From the NCBI GenBank assembly GCA_964016885.1, contig OZ024741.1, positions 375,286,001 through 375,350,000 of the forward strand: a DNA stretch of 64,000 bases, given 5' to 3'. Made by a program: the position numbers and the translations under genes. This stretch comes from Eledone cirrhosa. Its lineage: Eukaryota. Numbering within the stretch: position 1 is the stretch's first letter; every line of letters starts with the position of its first letter. A model generated the notes under the pieces. It did not search any database and was not told the DNA's origin. It saw only the letters and a program-made list of their open reading frames with translations. Shown here piece after piece: positions 27,666 through 41,586 of this stretch.

Positions 27666-28909
27666 ATTTCTTTTCAATGGCTGACAATACCTTACCGGCG
27701 CCACTCGAATAAGGTAGTTATTTAACCCATAAATGGAGCCCTAACAGGTACTACCACCCCGGGCCAGGGCAGACCTGGGAGTCATGACAACTAAGGGGTA
27801 ACTCCACATTCCCCACAACTCCTGAACTCCCGAACTGGAGCCTTACCACTGGATGTAGTTTAATGACATACCCAGGCTTATGGAATCCCCAAGAAGATAG
27901 TGGACCTGATATCACTGCTCTACACCAACACCAAAGCCCAAGTCATTACACCTGATGGGATGAAAGAGTCCTTTGAGATACTGGCTGGAGTGCTCCAGGG
28001 AGATACCTTGGCTCCCTACCTTTTTATCATCGTAGTGGACTATTGTATGCGCCTTGCACTGGAGAAACACCAGGACTCTGGCTTTACTGTAGCACCGGCT
28101 CAGAGCAGGAGAGTTAGGGCGAAAAAGGTATCGGATGCTGAATTTGCCGACGACATAGTTTTGGTGACAAATACAGTGAAGGAGGCAGAAGATTTGATGC
28201 GGGAGGTTGAGACTGTGTCGATGAGTGTGGGGCTGAGAATGAATGAGACTAAAACAAAATATCTGGTAGAGAATGTTGAGAAGCCAGAGGGGATCACTAA
28301 TGTAGGCGGGAAGCCGCTAGAATTGGTTGAGGGCTTCCTGTATTTGGGAGCAGAGATTGGGAATACGGAAGATGATGTGGTTGAGAGGAAGAGCAAGGCC
28401 TGGGCGGCGTTCCACAGCTTGAGATCGGTGTGGAAGTCGGACCTTCGTAGAGACCTGAAAATCCGCCTATTCATTGCTGTAGTGGAGTCTGTGCTGCTGT
28501 ATGGGTCTGAGACTTGGACACTGACCAAGAAACTCACTCAGATGGTGGATGGGTGCTACATGAGAATGCTGAGGATGGCTCTGAACATTAATCAGTATAC
28601 ACTGAGGATGAAAAACTCAGAGCTGTATGGGAGCATCCCAAAAGTCAGCTCAAAAGTGACACAGAGGAGACTGAGGTTAGCTGGATATGCTCACCAACAT
28701 CCAGAGTTGACATTGCACTCAGTGCTCCTTTGGGAGCCCCTACATGGACACACTAGAAGAGGAAGACCAAGGTTAACGTATGTTGATGCTCTAAGGACAG
28801 ACACTGGTCTGTTGGAGACGCAGGACATGGCAGCGATAATGAGGGACAGAGACCGCTGGAGAGAACTCGTCCATGGATCTCGGGAATTTTACCCGCCTTA
28901 GAATAGAAA
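25600..28909. mobile_element. Young RTE LINE with inverted 5' segment (5'UTR + APE + N-terminal RT on minus, 25600-27876; C-terminal RT + 3' end on plus, 27873-28909)
   Basis: Two uninterrupted ORFs that join in frame (..FIDFRKAFDSVDRYCLMKIL | QAYGIPKKIVDLI..GVLQGDTLAP..FADD); 10-bp TSD ATAGATCAGT at 25590-25599 and 28910-28919. Confidence 0.95.
27873..28901 (+). CDS. RTE ORF C-terminal part (RT core and thumb)
   Basis: GVLQGDTLAPYLF, FADD, FLYLG, LLYGSETWTL, RRLRLAG and GRPRLTY motifs; no internal stops. Confidence 0.9.
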   Translation, partial: QAYGIPKKIVDLISLLYTNTKAQVITPDGMKESFEILAGVLQGDTLAPYLFIIVVDYCMRLALEKHQDSGFTVAPAQSRRVRAKKVSDAEFADDIVLVTNTVKEAEDLMREVETVSMSVGLRMNETKTKYLVENVEKPEGITNVGGKPLELVEGFLYLGAEIGNTEDDVVERKSKAWAAFHSLRSVWKSDLRRDLKIRLFIAVVESVLLYGSETWTLTKKLTQMVDGCYMRMLRMALNINQYTLRMKNSELYGSIPKVSSKVTQRRLRLAGYAHQHPELTLHSVLLWEPLHGHTRRGRPRLTYVDALRTDTGLLETQDMAAIMRDRDRWRELVHGSREFYPP

Positions 28910-29072
28910 ATAGATCAGTTTTATAAATAAATATTGACATACCCTTAAAGAATGCAACCATTACTGTTGGAAGCTCACCGGATAGGCTGTGAATATCCGG
29001 TGAGCTTCCAACAGTAATGGTTGAATTCTTTAAGGGTATGTCAATATTTATTTATAAAACTGATCTATATTA

Positions 29073-29137
29073 TATTTTATCTGATGAAAGCACACCATAA
29101 TTTAACTTGGTGTCCTTGAAATATGTATAATGAAATA
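29073..29137 (+). ncRNA. Type I hammerhead-like motif
   Basis: TATTTTAT-CTGATGA-AAGCACACCA(loop)TGGTGTCCTT-GAAA-TATGTA-TA-ATGAAATA. Confidence 0.65.
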
Positions 29138-29176
29138 AATATGGTTTTATAAATATAGTTTCCATTTGTTAATATC

Positions 29177-29960
<784 letters not shown>

Positions 29961-30055
29961 AACTACCCCATACCCCTCCCTCCCGCCTCCACCTTATTAT
30001 TTGGACCAGTCACAAGTAAACGACCTATGCTAGCACTTCTGGTTGCTTTTTCGAT

Positions 30056-33000
30056 ATGATGGATGAACTAGGGAATTTCTGGAGAGTCAGAAGAATCTGG
30101 ACACCCGAAGACAATGCAAAAGATAACGACAAATTCACCTCATGCTGCCGGACGAAAGGGCAAAGCCCCACCCTCTTTGTTGCGGCCGCGGATGGCCAAC
30201 ATAACCCCAACCCCATAAACCTCACCCCCTCCCTGCACCCCACCCACCAAACGCAATCCAAAACTTCAGAGTTGGTACCATGAATGTAGGGACCTTAAAC
30301 GGCCGCTCAAACGAGGTTGTAGAAATGCTTGAACGTAAGGAGGTTGATGTCTGCTGTATCCAAGAGACCAGGTGGAGGGGCGGGTCTGCTAGATTCATTG
30401 TGGGTAAAAAACGATGCTATAAGCTTTTCTGGGTGGGAAATGACAATGGGCTGGGTGGGGTAGGAATCATGTTAGCAGAAAAATGGGTGGATAAGATAAT
30501 AGACATAAATAGAGTAAACGACAGAATAATTAAAATAAGACTTGTTCTAAATAGAACTACTGTGACAATAATATCTGCGTACGCGCCCCAATCCGGACTG
30601 CCTGGCGCTATAAAAGACACTTTCTATGAGACACTGATGCTCACTACCTCCCAAATAACCGACAGTGACTATATAATTATTGCTGGCGACCTAAATGGTC
30701 ACGTTGGACAACATTGTGACGGCTATGATGGAATCCATGGAGGCTATGGGTTTGGTACTAGAAATGAGGAAGGCTCCAGAATCCTGGAATTCTGTGACGC
30801 AAATAACCTAACGATCTGTAACACTAACTTAAAAAAAACGAGACAATCACTTGATCACCTACAGATCAGGGGAACATACCAGCCAGGTAGATTATATCCT
30901 TACCAGAAGACGTGACAGAGTGACTGTTGTAAACACTAAATCCCTCCCCCATGAAGAATGCACCTCCCAACATAGACTGATAATTAGCGACCTCATAGTC
31001 AGGACGAGACGTACTTGACAGCAGAAGAGGACTATCCTCAGGAGAAAAATATGGAAGCTAAAGGATCCCACAGCCAGAAATAAATTTCAAAGCATATTAC
31101 TTGATGCTTTCGACAGTAAGGAAGAGCATTTAGAGTCGTACAATATAAAGGAACAGTGGGAATTCCTGAAAGCAAACCTGCTGATGACGGCAGACGAAGT
31201 CTGTGGCCGGAGCAGGCCTATAGGCAGGAGGAGAGTAACATGGTGGTGGAACAGTAAGGTGGAGGAGTCGATTAAGGCCAAAAAGCAGGCTTGGAAAGTA
31301 TGGCGGGATGGGGGAAGTAGAGAAGACTATCAAGTGGCCAGGAGGGAAGCTAGGAGACAAGTGTACTTCGCAAGAAGGGAAGCAGAGGAAAGAAAGTTCA
31401 AGCATGTTCTACAACGCGAGGACCAAAAACTTGAGGTGTTCAGGATTGCTAGGCAATGTGTCAAGGAAAACCGTAATATTGTTGGGGAGAAGTGTGTACT
31501 AAATGATGACGGCGTACTCGCCATCACTAACGCTGATAAGAAGGTCGCTTGGAAGTGTCACTACGAGAGGCTACTAAATGAGGAGAATAAATGGGAGAAG
31601 GATAGTCTCCCCCAGATCGATCCAATAGAGGGACCAGCAGTGTTAGTTGAAGGTAGTATAATAAGTAAGGCAATCAAAGATATGAAGACGGGTAAGGCGG
31701 CTGGGCCTTCGGAAATAGTTGCTGAGATGCTGAAGGCCTCTGGAACGGTGGGACACACCATGGTCACCCGGATAGTAAACCAAGTCATACAGAATGGGGT
31801 TGTTCCGAAGGACTGGCGTAGCAGCATCATTAACCGTTACAAGGGTAAAGGAGACGCCCTAGATAGGAGTAACTATAGAGGCATTAAATTAATCGACCAG
31901 GTCATGAAGGTCACGGAAAAAGTAATAGTGCAACTAATCAGAGAGAGAATCGATCTAGATGAAATGCAGTTCGGGTTTGTGTCAGGCAAAAGTACCACAG
32001 ACGCTCTTTTCATTGTACGACAACTACAGGAGAAGTACCTAGCTAAAAGTAAACCCCTATACTTAGCCTTTGTCGACTTGGAGAAAGCCTTCGACAGAAT
32101 CCCCCGTTCCATTATCTGGTGGGCTCTTAGAAAACTAGGTGTTGACGAATGGCTTGTGAGAGCTATACAAGCCATGTATAAAGAAACAGTCAGCAAGGTT
32201 AGAATTAACAACGAATATAGTGAAGAGTTTAGCGTAAAAGTTGGTGTCCATCAGGGCTCTGTTCTTAGCCCCCTACTATTTATTATTGCCCTTCAGGCTA
32301 TAACAGAGGAGTTCAAGACCGGCTGCCCATGGGAACTCCTATACGCAGATGATCTAACGCTCATAGCTGAATCAATGGCCGAGCTAGAGAAGAAATTCCA
32401 AACATGGAAGCACGGCCTAGATTCAAAAGGCATTAAAATTAACCTGGCTAAGACTAAAGTTCTAGTTTGTAGGAAAGAAAATAAGGCGCCGGTCCCTTCC
32501 GGGAAATGGCCATGCTCAGTGTGTAGGAAAGGCGTAGGTAGAAACTCCATTTTATGTCCCAAATGCAAAGTATGGGTGCATAAAAGATGTAGTGGGATCA
32601 CAGGTAAGCTAACTAAGAACACAGATTTTACATGTGGCCGGTGCTCTGGTGTAATAAGTAGCAGCAAGTGCCCATAAAATACTAGCTCTTTCAATTGCGC
32701 AGAGGGTTCTATAGAAATAGTGGACAGCTTCCGTTACCTGGGTGACAAAATCAGCAGTGGGAGAGGGTGCTCTGAAAGTACAGTAGCTAGAGTCAGAACT
32801 GGATGGAAAAGTTCAGAGAGCTTATACCAGAGAGCTTATACCACTATTGGCCGCTAAAGGGTTCTCCCTAAAAATGAAAGGCAGATTGTATGATGCCTGC
32901 ATACGAACAGCAATGTTGCATGGCAATGAGACCTGGGCATTGTGTGCAGAGGATATACGCAGACTAGAGAGGAACGAAGCTTGCATGCTCCGCTGGATGT

Positions 33001-33310
33001 GTAATAGTAATATACGTGAACGGCAAAGCATAAACGAACTAAGGAAAACATTAGAAATAAGAGGGATCAGATGTTGTTTACTCGAGAGAAGGCTACGTTG
33101 GTATGGTCACGTGATGCGCATGAAAGACGATGCTGTATAGCAAAGTGCAGGGCAATAAAGATAGATGGTAGCCACGGAGTAGGCAGACCCAGAAAAACCT
33201 GGGACGAGCTGATAAATTCCGACCTCACACACTTACACCTCTCCAAGACAATGTCACTGGACCGAGACCTTTGGCGGTACTCAGTAATAGAGAAGACCCG
33301 CCTTACCTAA
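30056..33310 (+). pseudogene. Near-full-length RTE LINE (APE + RT + PHD-like Cys/His finger), inactivated
   Basis: NVGTL, CIQETRW, GDLNGHVG, DLEKAFD, QGSVLSP, LYADDL, CxxC..CxxC..WVHxxC..CxxC. Frameshift at the A-run near 30831-30838, stops near 31017, 32675 and 33138, 14-bp tandem duplication at 32814-32841. Confidence 0.92.
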
Positions 33311-34716
33311 ATACAAAGTAAAACCTACTACAGTCAGCAGGCATCTCTAACAAAATACACCCCCGTCCCACCACCCCCACCCCATCCACACCGCCCCTTT
33401 CAATGTAAAGTTATGTTGGTGCCACAACATCCAGGCCGAAACATATGAGATCGTGTAGGTGTCATAACAAAAAAAAAACACACAGTCCACGCTGTAATGT
33501 GGCCGTGTAGGCAACACGGTAAAAACCTCCCAGCCCCACACTGTAAATGTGGTTGGTGTTAGGAAGGGCATCCAACTGTAGAAAACCCGCCAGACAGTCC
33601 TATGCGATCAAGACAACCACTCTTGCCTCAAGTGGGAAAACTCCCGTCCGTTTCAGTTGCCCGATCAGCCTAATAATCTTGAAATGAACGTGCAAATGGC
33701 TGAGCATTCCACAATCACGTACACACTAAGAAAAGAAATTCAGCGTGACTGGTAATTTAAATTACAGATACAACTCATTTTTGCTAGTTCAGTGGATTAG
33801 AGAAACACGAAATAAAGTGTCTTGTTGAAGAACACGATGCATTACAGGGAATCTATGTAACAACCATAGATCGAGCACTCTAACAACTAAACTTCACAGG
33901 TACATATGAATCTGCTCAATCAGCGCTGACCTAGGGCTATACAAATACAACCACCCAATCATATATATATGATGATCCTGTGATAAACAGGCGAAAATCC
34001 AAAGTAGCAAGACTCACTATTTAGCCTCAATAAATGAATATATATATATATTTTTTTTTCATACATATATGCGTGTGTATATATGTAAGTATATATATGC
34101 ATATATTAGTCAAAATGGCGCAAGAGGTTGGTGGAAATAGACGACGAAATACAACGTGAAATGGGGTAATAAGGCTTACACTGAGGAAATGGAAGGCGAA
34201 ACCAACGAAAACAATTGATGAAACAATACGAAATCAAGAAGAAAATTTCTTCTACATGGAGGAAGACCTTTTAGGTTAATTCAGGGCGCAGCCACACACA
34301 AATTCCAGGACTACTCTGTCGCATCAAAGGCATTCTCAGTGTCGCTTTAATAGTAAATGTGACGTCTGATGGGGTTGTGCGGGCACCGTAATGACATACA
34401 GCTTTTCTTGGGCATTTTAAGCCTGGCGGAGTCCAAAACACTCCTGACCTGAAGACAGTAGATCTCCTCCAGAGAAGGACAGAAAGTGAGAGAATGGGAG
34501 TGAGAAAGGGATATAGAGAATGAATCAACCCCACTACTAGAAAGGGTTCATTTTCTCGACCCCGAAAGGATAAAGCTGACTTCTGTGGGATTTGAACCCA
34601 GGAAGCAAAACATTCCATCCAACGTTGTAACAATTCTGCCAATTCGCCGCTTTTATAGATATAAATCAACTACATAAATGTTCATTGATCAGAACACAGA
34701 TACGATGAATACTTAC

Positions 34717-34777
34717 TTGGAAATGGTGTCCAGGATTGGTTTCATGGAGAGTGAGAGGTAACATCGTAAACGTCGAC
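34717..34777 (-). CDS. DUF885 exon with zinc-binding motif (STFTMLPLTLHETNPGHHFQ)
   Basis: cctaaaAG / GTaagt; 61 nt, phase 2 to 0; HExxPGHH family signature. Confidence 0.96.
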
Positions 34778-34851
34778 CTTTTAGGAAGAAATATTTATAC
34801 AGATTTGGTAAAGTCATTTCAGTAAAAAAATTTTTTTTTATTTATTTACCG

Positions 34852-34923
<72 letters not shown>

Positions 34924-35002
34924 GCTAATGTTAATGTTGGAATTACAATAACAATACTATTATCACCACCATCACAACAAAGATATTTTCATCTTCACCT
35001 AC

Positions 35003-35086
35003 CTGTCTTCTGGCCATCTGACGTTAACACGGAATATATTACTACCGTACGATCCCCATGGGGCGTTGTTTTCTACAGCAACCACT
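35003..35086 (-). CDS. DUF885 exon (VVAVENNAPWGSYGSNIFRVNVRWPED-R)
   Basis: ttgacAG / GTaggt; 84 nt, phase 2 to 2. Confidence 0.88.
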
Positions 35087-36699
35087 CTGTCAAGTATAGA
35101 AACGAAGAAATAAAGATTAAAATCAGATTACTATTTTGCCCCAACTTATGGTAGAGTAAAATAGGCGGGTGCCGGCTGCTCTTTCTAGCAAATGTGGTAC
35201 TCGCTGAACGTCCAGCCTTTACCTCATTCCGTGACCGTTCTATTACACTTTAGGGGTCTCTTGAAAAGCCAGTAGCCTCACAGCACTGGTGCACTGGTGT
35301 ACGATTGCTTCAAGCCACTCGGCGAAACTGCAATCGGGAGTTTGAAGAAAAAATAGGTATATTTTTGTCAATTCTTTCCTCACATTTATAATTTAATATA
35401 TATTTAATGCGCAGAAATGTCCATGATCTCCAGAAAACAACTGATGAAGAGAAACTACCCTCCGTTCGCGCTTTTCTCTTATTTATAAATATATATATAT
35501 AAGCAGTAGCACTCCAAGACTACTGGTACTATGTAACCTAGTACAACTTGTCACATAATCGGGTCGTCGGCGTCTAAACGAGCAACACCACCAAGCTTGC
35601 TTGGGGAGAAGAGTGAGCTTTGGAGTGGACCTTATGACACCAGTCAAAGAGTGGAGAAACTCAAGAGAGTCGACGGCCATTTAATAGAGTGTAAAAAAAA
35701 AATGATACCCGACCAGAGCCCGTTAGCGATGGTTGACAGTCTAAGAGAAGGATCACTCTAATTTCAGTGACAATCTTTGAAGTGGCTAAAAGCTTCATCC
35801 TTGTGATAAAGGTGGTTGAGCTGCGGTTCATTAACTAGCTTCGAGTAATGGCCTGATGAGGATTCGGAACCCACTGAAAGTCATAGACATACGACATTGT
35901 ATAGACGAGTATCGGTGCAATTGTCCATGGTCCTTGACTTTCAGCAACAACAACAACTATACCAATGTGTGACTTGTGCCAACGTAAAAGTGAATAATTA
36001 GGCGATAACAGAATAAGCTAACTCACTCCTCTCACTCTATACACAATGAAATGGGTGACAGGGTGACAGTAGTGACAGGGTTGGCGCTACCATTACGCTA
36101 ACTAGGCAACCGACAAGGGCGCAGACATCAGAGCGCATTATTGAAGCTAAACGGATAATAGTTTTATACAAATTCGTATAGTTAAATAAAAGGAAGAATA
36201 ATTTCCTGTAATCAGTACATAAATACTTAACCTTTAGCATGCTAGAAATATTTCTGAAATGCTTCCCTTGACACTGCATTATGTTTTAAGAGGAGATACT
36301 CTATTGTCGCAATTTGTCGCCGACAGCGCGTTAAAGGCTAAACATCTTCGCTGCGTGGCAGCGTTGTGGACATATCAAAAGCGGTGGAAGGAGTCGTATG
36401 GTGTTATGACTTGTCATTCAATCCGGCATGAGTGAATGTAGACTGGATAGGGAAAAATGCAAGAATGTTCTTAGTGTGGTCAGAGCAAGAAATGTAAAAC
36501 AAAAAACAGTAGATTCGCCAGCTTGCCAAACTGTAAGTTGAAACCATTTTATTTGGGAGAATGGGAAGCACAACTGGGAGAAAAGGCGCGCATTGTAGAA
36601 CTAGCTTATGGCGCCAAATACGTAGATACAGGCCATGTGTGGGGCTCACAGATGATGTGTGAATAGTGGAGGCTACATAAGACAAATCATCTTTCTTAC

Positions 36700-36794
36700 C
36701 TGACTTTTTCGAGAGGAACATGGTGAAAGATATCGAACAAAACTGGATTCACTCGTTTCTGTATAATATCCCTGTATTCATGTATTATTTTTGT
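36700..36794 (-). CDS. DUF885 exon (TKIIHEYRDIIQKRVNPVLFDIFHHVPLEKV-R)
   Basis: attgcAG / GTaaga; 95 nt, phase 0 to 2. Confidence 0.92.
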
Positions 36795-36935
36795 CTGCAA
36801 TGAAATTTAATTAACGTAATTTTAAATGTATTGTCGTTTAGGTAATACAGAGGTTACGAGTGGGAAACAGTGTCAAGTGGGAAGCAGCGATAGGTGAGGA
36901 CAGCTTCACACACATATATAAAGATAGTTGCATAG

Positions 36936-37060
<125 letters not shown>

Positions 37061-37704
37061 GCTGTCAATATAGTTGAACAAAAAAAATAATAATAAACAC
37101 AGGGAAGCAAAAATACAAAAGCCTACTAGGATCATGCTCGGGAGGTAGTGAAGGATGGTTCTACGTTTCGGACAGAAGATCTGCGTCTGGAAATGGTGAG
37201 TTCGGATATGGAGAGGACAGGCAGACAAATGAAAGTTTGGAAAAGATTGTGAGTGGGGGCCGAAGTGGAGGGTCCAGGTCTGTCATGAATTTTGGTTATA
37301 TGTGTGTCGATGGGGTGAAATTGGTAGATGTGCATTGTTGTTTCAGCTTGTATGTGTGTGTGTGTGGAGGGGGGGGGGGGGATGGTGTACACGTGCGTGT
37401 CTCTGAGTCTTATATTGTTAGTGTGTGCACACAGCTGTGTGTGTGTGTGTGTGTGTGTGTATGTCTGTGAGTTATCTGGGTTTTTTTTGTGTGCGTGAAT
37501 GTGTATGGGATATTTTTCTATTGTTTCCATGTATGTGAGTGTGTTTGTTTGTGTGTGTGTATCTGAATATCCACGTGTATTTTGGTGTCCCAGAGAGATT
37601 ATATGTTGCATGTGCGAGCAGCGTGGATCAGGGAGGGAGAGTAACATTGCTGAGTGAAGTCCCCAGCCATGTAATGGGTCTGTGCCTCAAAGTCATGGGT
37701 TCGG

Positions 37705-37737
<33 letters not shown>

Positions 37738-37796
37738 AATAGATATAGATAGATAGATAGATAGAGTGAGAGAGAGGGGGGGGGGGAGACAGACAG

Positions 37797-37829
<33 letters not shown>

Positions 37830-38297
37830 GGATTTAGCTTCGAGCATAGCTGTATACAGATATGTATAGAAATTTCGTATTTCTAAAGAAACACGGTTTG
37901 TTTACAGGATAAACATTCAGGAAGCCGTAGCTATGCAAAAAAAAAAAAACACCGGGACTAATAACGCCCTCTGGTGGTAGACAGATAAATAGATAAATTT
38001 CTTTATTAGCCACAAGGGCACAAAAGAGGGGGACAAATACAAATGGGGAGTTTACATACAGGTATATGAAAATAAAACTATTAATAAAAATAACAAATAA
38101 TAATTGAAATCCCCAATAGGGGGGAGGAGTTATACAGGGTTGTACACACCCCGAAAAAATGTACAACCCTCATCTCCAGGAGCACCATGAGCGAGTACTC
38201 TCCTCCTCTCTTCCTCTTTTAGCTCAACCTACATGCTTATATAGAGAGAGATAGATAGAAAAACAGACATACTTAGAAGCAAACCATGGTAACTTAC

Positions 38298-38384
38298 TTC
38301 GGAAACATTGTAAAATTCTGGAATATCTTTGAGATGATTGAAAAACTCTTTAAGATCTCCGTGAAAATTCAGCTGTGTCATAAC
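38298..38384 (-). CDS. DUF885 exon (VMTQLNFHGDLKEFFNHLKDIPEFYNVSE)
   Basis: cctttAG / GTaagt; 87 nt, phase 0 to 0; 'F.G.L.EF...L...P.FY' motif. Confidence 0.93.
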
Positions 38385-38525
38385 CTAAAGGAAATATAAA
38401 GTGTAAAGGAATTCGTTCTTCGGTAGTGGATATCTTTCCAAAGTCTATTAGGATCGACAGTTACATAAAAACCATGTAATTTATCGTTATTGAATTTCAT
38501 TCAACAACAAAAACAACAGCTGCTG

Positions 38526-38583
<58 letters not shown>

Positions 38584-39194
38584 CATATGCTTTCTTTATT
38601 AACCACAAGGGTTTATACAAAGTAAGACATTAAGGACAATACAGGACAATACAGGACGGTAGAAATGGGCATTTCTGCGTGTAAAAAAAACAAAAACAGA
38701 GGATGTAACAAAAAAAAGAACCAATGAAACATTCCCCATAGGGGGGAGACTTCCCAGGGACATTCGTGGAGAAAACCCATTAAAAAAGCCACGGTGACTC
38801 TGACCACCAGGGCAAGTGCCCTCTTCCAGTTTTCCACCTTTAATTTACAGGCACATACTCAGAGTAGGCTCATTCACTCGGGCCATTCTAGCCTCTCTCA
38901 CCCATCTTTCAACAAAATGCTGGGAAGAGAGCACTTCCCTCTGATTTTCCTTTTTAAATGAAATTTGAAAAAGTTAATCAGGGCATCACCGAAGGGGTAA
39001 GTGCTCGTCTTCAGCCCTTTCAAACGCGTCCACCACACTATCTATTTCGCCATGGCCACACACACACACACACATAATCATATATATGCATATGACGTGC
39101 ACACACAAGCACACACGCACACACACACACACATATACAACACACATACACAGACACACACATACATAAAGAGTTATCATGCACACACACACAC

Positions 39195-39361
39195 CAGTGT
39201 CGGATTTACCATTTTGTTTAGGTGTGCTTAGGCACATGGCTCCGTTGGCCAGGAGGTGCCCATCTTCCTGCCAAAAAATTTGTTTTCCTCCTTCAGGGCA
39301 CAAGTAAGGGGCCTCATAACTTAACTAGCACAGGGCCGCATTTGTCCTAAATCCGGCGCTG
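39195..39361. mobile_element. hAT (Tip100-like) MITE in a (CA)n tract
   Basis: Imperfect TIR CAGTGTCGGATTTA / TAAATCCGGCGCTG. Confidence 0.65.
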
Positions 39362-40421
39362 ACACACACATATACACACACTCGTGTATGAAAGTGGCAT
39401 GTACACTTATCACATGAGTAATAATATATCCGTACATACAACTATGCTAACATACCAACTTACATACTAACTTATACTAATTCATTGACAGAAGGAATAG
39501 TCTTGACTCAAACAAATAGGTCTTGTAACTTTGTGTGTGGTCATTTTGAGTTTTGCGAAAATTTGAAATGATTCTTGAAGAAAGAAAAAAAAAACATTCA
39601 TCAATTTATACATCTAGCAATCCATAACTACATCCAACCACCCATCCATCCATTCTTCCATCATCCATCCATCCATCCATTCTTCCATCCATCGATCCAT
39701 TCATTCATCCATATATCCATCCATACATACATGCGTATATACATACATACATGTATGCAGGCATGCATACATACATACATACATACATACATACATACAT
39801 ACATACATACATACATACATACATACATACATACATACATACATACATACATTATTTCCAGAGACTATGTTGAAAAATATACCTCATGTTATGAACTTTT
39901 CAGTCGATCCTCATAAATATTTATGCAGTGAAGAAAAGACAACACTAGTTCGAAGATTTGAAACAAAGCTTTAAGACTTCACTTGCAGCTTGTCTTTTGG
40001 AAAAAAGAAAATTCCCCAAACCCCCCGCAGCAGCCGCAGCAGCAGCGAAACAACAACAACAACAACAAATAAAAAGCCATTTCGTTCCAAACACACACAA
40101 AAAAGGAGAGGCTATGTAGCCGTTAACAGTGTCAGACACCGTGATTTGCGGCTCCAGTTAAGACAATTGTTGAGACAATTGTTAAGACAATTTGAAATCT
40201 TTTCCACCATCAATTGTTAATAAAATAAGTTAAAATCATTTAGTCGTCCCTTCGTAATGTACGTTACGCTTTAGTTACATACACACACATCTACACGTAA
40301 ATACATAAACAGATAGAGACAATAGAAGGGAGGAGCTGGTAAAACGCTTAGCGATATGTGTTGCATCCCTTTAGGGTTTACCGGCTACACAGCCTTTTCG
40401 AAAAAGAAAATCATCACTTAC

Positions 40422-40589
40422 GTCCCTCATTTGTTTTGCTATCCGTTTCGTTTCATTCATACCGAGATCGTATACTTCAGTGGCGGTTATATTGTATCCT
40501 ATATACCACTTAAGGCATGCCTCGTAATATTCAACACCATTCTTCAGGGAGTAGAGACCGGCATTTGGTCTGGCAGCTGGAATGTATTC
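40422..40589 (-). CDS. DUF885 exon (EYIPAARPNAGLYSLKNGVEYYEACLKWYIG...EVYDLGMNETKRIAKQMRD)
   Basis: tctgcAG / GTaagt; 168 nt, phase 0 to 0; characteristic 'Y.P..R...G...L..G..YY...L' and 'E...LG..E..RI..M' motifs. Confidence 0.95.
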
Positions 40590-41042
40590 CTGCAGAAATG
40601 GTTCAAAGGTTGGCAAATTAATAATTAGAAGAGCGGTTATTGACGGTGTTATATTAGTATAGAGATTCAGACATTTAATGAGTTTAACAGGCTTAAGAGA
40701 GTTAGAAGGATTTGTGTAGTTAAATAGTTATGTAGTAAGGTAGACATGCCGACTCATTTAGCCACTCAATTATCTATCTATCTATCTATTTTCCCCCCTA
40801 TTGGGGATTTCGATTGTTAAAATTGTTTGTTTTTATATTTTTTACACGACTGTATGTAAAATCCCCGGCATGTCTTTGTATTGTCCCCTTTCTTGTTGCG
40901 CCCTTGTGGCTAATAAAGAAATCTATCTATCTATCTATCTAGAGAAATAGATAGATAGTTTGATAGATAAAAAGATAGGAGAGAGTTAGACACACAGATA
41001 GACAGACACATACACACATATATATATATATATACATATATA

Positions 41043-41142
41043 CAGGGTGTCCCCCAAAATGCATACACACTTTAACAGCATTCTAATAAATATTGCGTGA
41101 ACAGCTAATCAAAGTGTGTATACATTCTTTTGGGATACCCTG
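41043..41142. mobile_element. Tc1/mariner-type MITE
   Basis: Imperfect ~33-bp TIR starting CAGGGTGTCCC, preceded by TA. Confidence 0.75.
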
Positions 41143-41442
41143 TGTGTGTGTGTGTGTGTGTGTGTGTTATGTATTTCCGTAGAAAAGATAAAGGAAAAAA
41201 GAGTGCTCTATGTATAGTTCAGACTTATTTAATTATATAATAAACAACACATGTATTTTTTCTGTTATTTTAATTCAGCCTCCCTTTCATTTTTAATAGA
41301 TTTCAATTTCAAATCTTATAACCATAACATAAATATTTCATCTGATGAACGTACCGGACGTTTCTGTTAAGATCGTCTAGTTTCCTGAAACGTTAGGGAA
41401 TGGAAGGAATAATTATATTGTGTTGTTCATTATATAATTATA

Positions 41443-41482
<40 letters not shown>

Positions 41483-41486
41483 TACC

Positions 41487-41564
<78 letters not shown>

Positions 41565-41586
41565 AGACACATATATATATATATGT

